A DNA stretch of 34,148 nt. Source: Octopus bimaculoides. Taxonomy: Eukaryota. Positions 33,480 through 34,148 of this stretch are shown one piece after another. Position numbers and translations under genes: made by a program. The stretch lies in NCBI RefSeq assembly GCF_001194135.2, contig NC_068987.1:21852322-21886469 (forward strand), in the 5' to 3' direction. Position 1 is the stretch's first letter, and each line of letters starts with the position of its first letter. A model generated the notes under the pieces. The model made no database searches. It saw only the letters and a program-made list of their open reading frames with translations, and had not been told where the DNA came from.

Positions 33480-33845
33480 CTGTGAATATTAAATGAAACA
33501 AAGCTTTTTTCATATTAAAATGAAACATTCCTAACTTACTGAATAATTGAGGGGGGGGGGGGCGAGAAAACGTTTGAAGGAAAAGAAAAAGATAATGAAC
33601 CAAGGGAAATAACTCAACATCAAGTGAGCGGACTGTTTGGCAAGATAAGATAGGATTTCTTCTGTAGAAGTGAACACCGGCTCTTGATCAGCTGTTCTCA
33701 TGTGACTAGCATTTCGATTACGTATACGTACAGGGCTTTCTTGTAGAACAGCGTCAGAACTTATTTAGTCTAATATGCCCAAAACAGTAATTTCTGGGTA
33801 TGTTTCAAGTATCGTAGATTATGACTGCACAGAAAAAAAAAGTCA

Positions 33846-33871
33846 TCTATATATATAAAAATGAGAATGTG

Positions 33872-33906
<35 letters not shown>

Positions 33907-34148
33907 GTGAATCCCTAAAACTCGAGAACTACGCAACCAATTTCATTCAAATTTTACACATGCCTTACTTAGGGTTCCAGTTGTGTTTTAGTCAAAAAAA
34001 ATTATTAACTTCTTGCAGAGTTCGAGCACACGGCAATATATCTCCTCCACTATTTAAGTATTACGTGTCAAAAGTGAAACAAAAACACTCATGTCAAATA
34101 CTTTCACTTTAAAAATGAAACTATTCCACTAACTGAAACAATCACATT
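33846..34148 (+). mobile_element. Non-autonomous Helitron-like (DINE/HINE-type) element, 5' part
   Basis: a|TCTATATATATAAAAATGAGAATG, then (GTCT)n, then 'aaaactcgagaactacgcaaccaatttcattcaaattttacac', which is the DINE-1-like layout. Runs off the window. Confidence 0.65.

Larger units (their letters stand above)
1..34148. repeat. Dense microsatellites ((TA)n, (GT)n, (GA)n, (TAGA)n, (GTAT)n, (ATT)n, (CAT)n, (CAC)n) and more than ten N gaps
   Basis: Directly visible; most gaps abut (TA)n runs. Confidence 0.97.

Noticed and set aside
33660-33800. Possible plus-strand exon ending at 'ctgg|gtatgt'
   Set aside because: All frames from the candidate acceptors contain stops, and no partner plus-strand exons were found.

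Overview
This is an AT-rich, microsatellite-rich animal genomic window with many N gaps. The SINE and LINE families and the repeat landscape strongly suggest an octopus (coleoid cephalopod) assembly; this is an inference, not a database result. Most of the window is intronic DNA filled with tRNA-derived SINEs (several families), LINE fragments (CR1/L2-like, RTE-like, R4/Dong-like), Penelope-like remnants, an internally deleted hAT transposon with TIRs and TSD, MITEs and a Helitron-like element. A candidate multi-exon protein-coding gene runs through it on the minus strand: a probable 5'-UTR exon near 33.4 kb, a first coding exon at 14149-13589, and a series of short GT-AG exons down to about 2.3 kb. 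I could not assign the protein to a family, and the reading frame of several small exons is ambiguous. The most notable signals are structural. They are a perfect 16-bp hairpin burying a consensus 5' splice site, several intronic inverted repeats enclosing exons (candidate ADAR or back-splicing substrates), and a three-copy Penelope-type repeat that folds as a non-canonical minimal hammerhead ribozyme. No CRISPR array, rRNA or genuine tRNA gene was seen. Most long ORFs in the supplied track are artefacts of N gaps and microsatellites.
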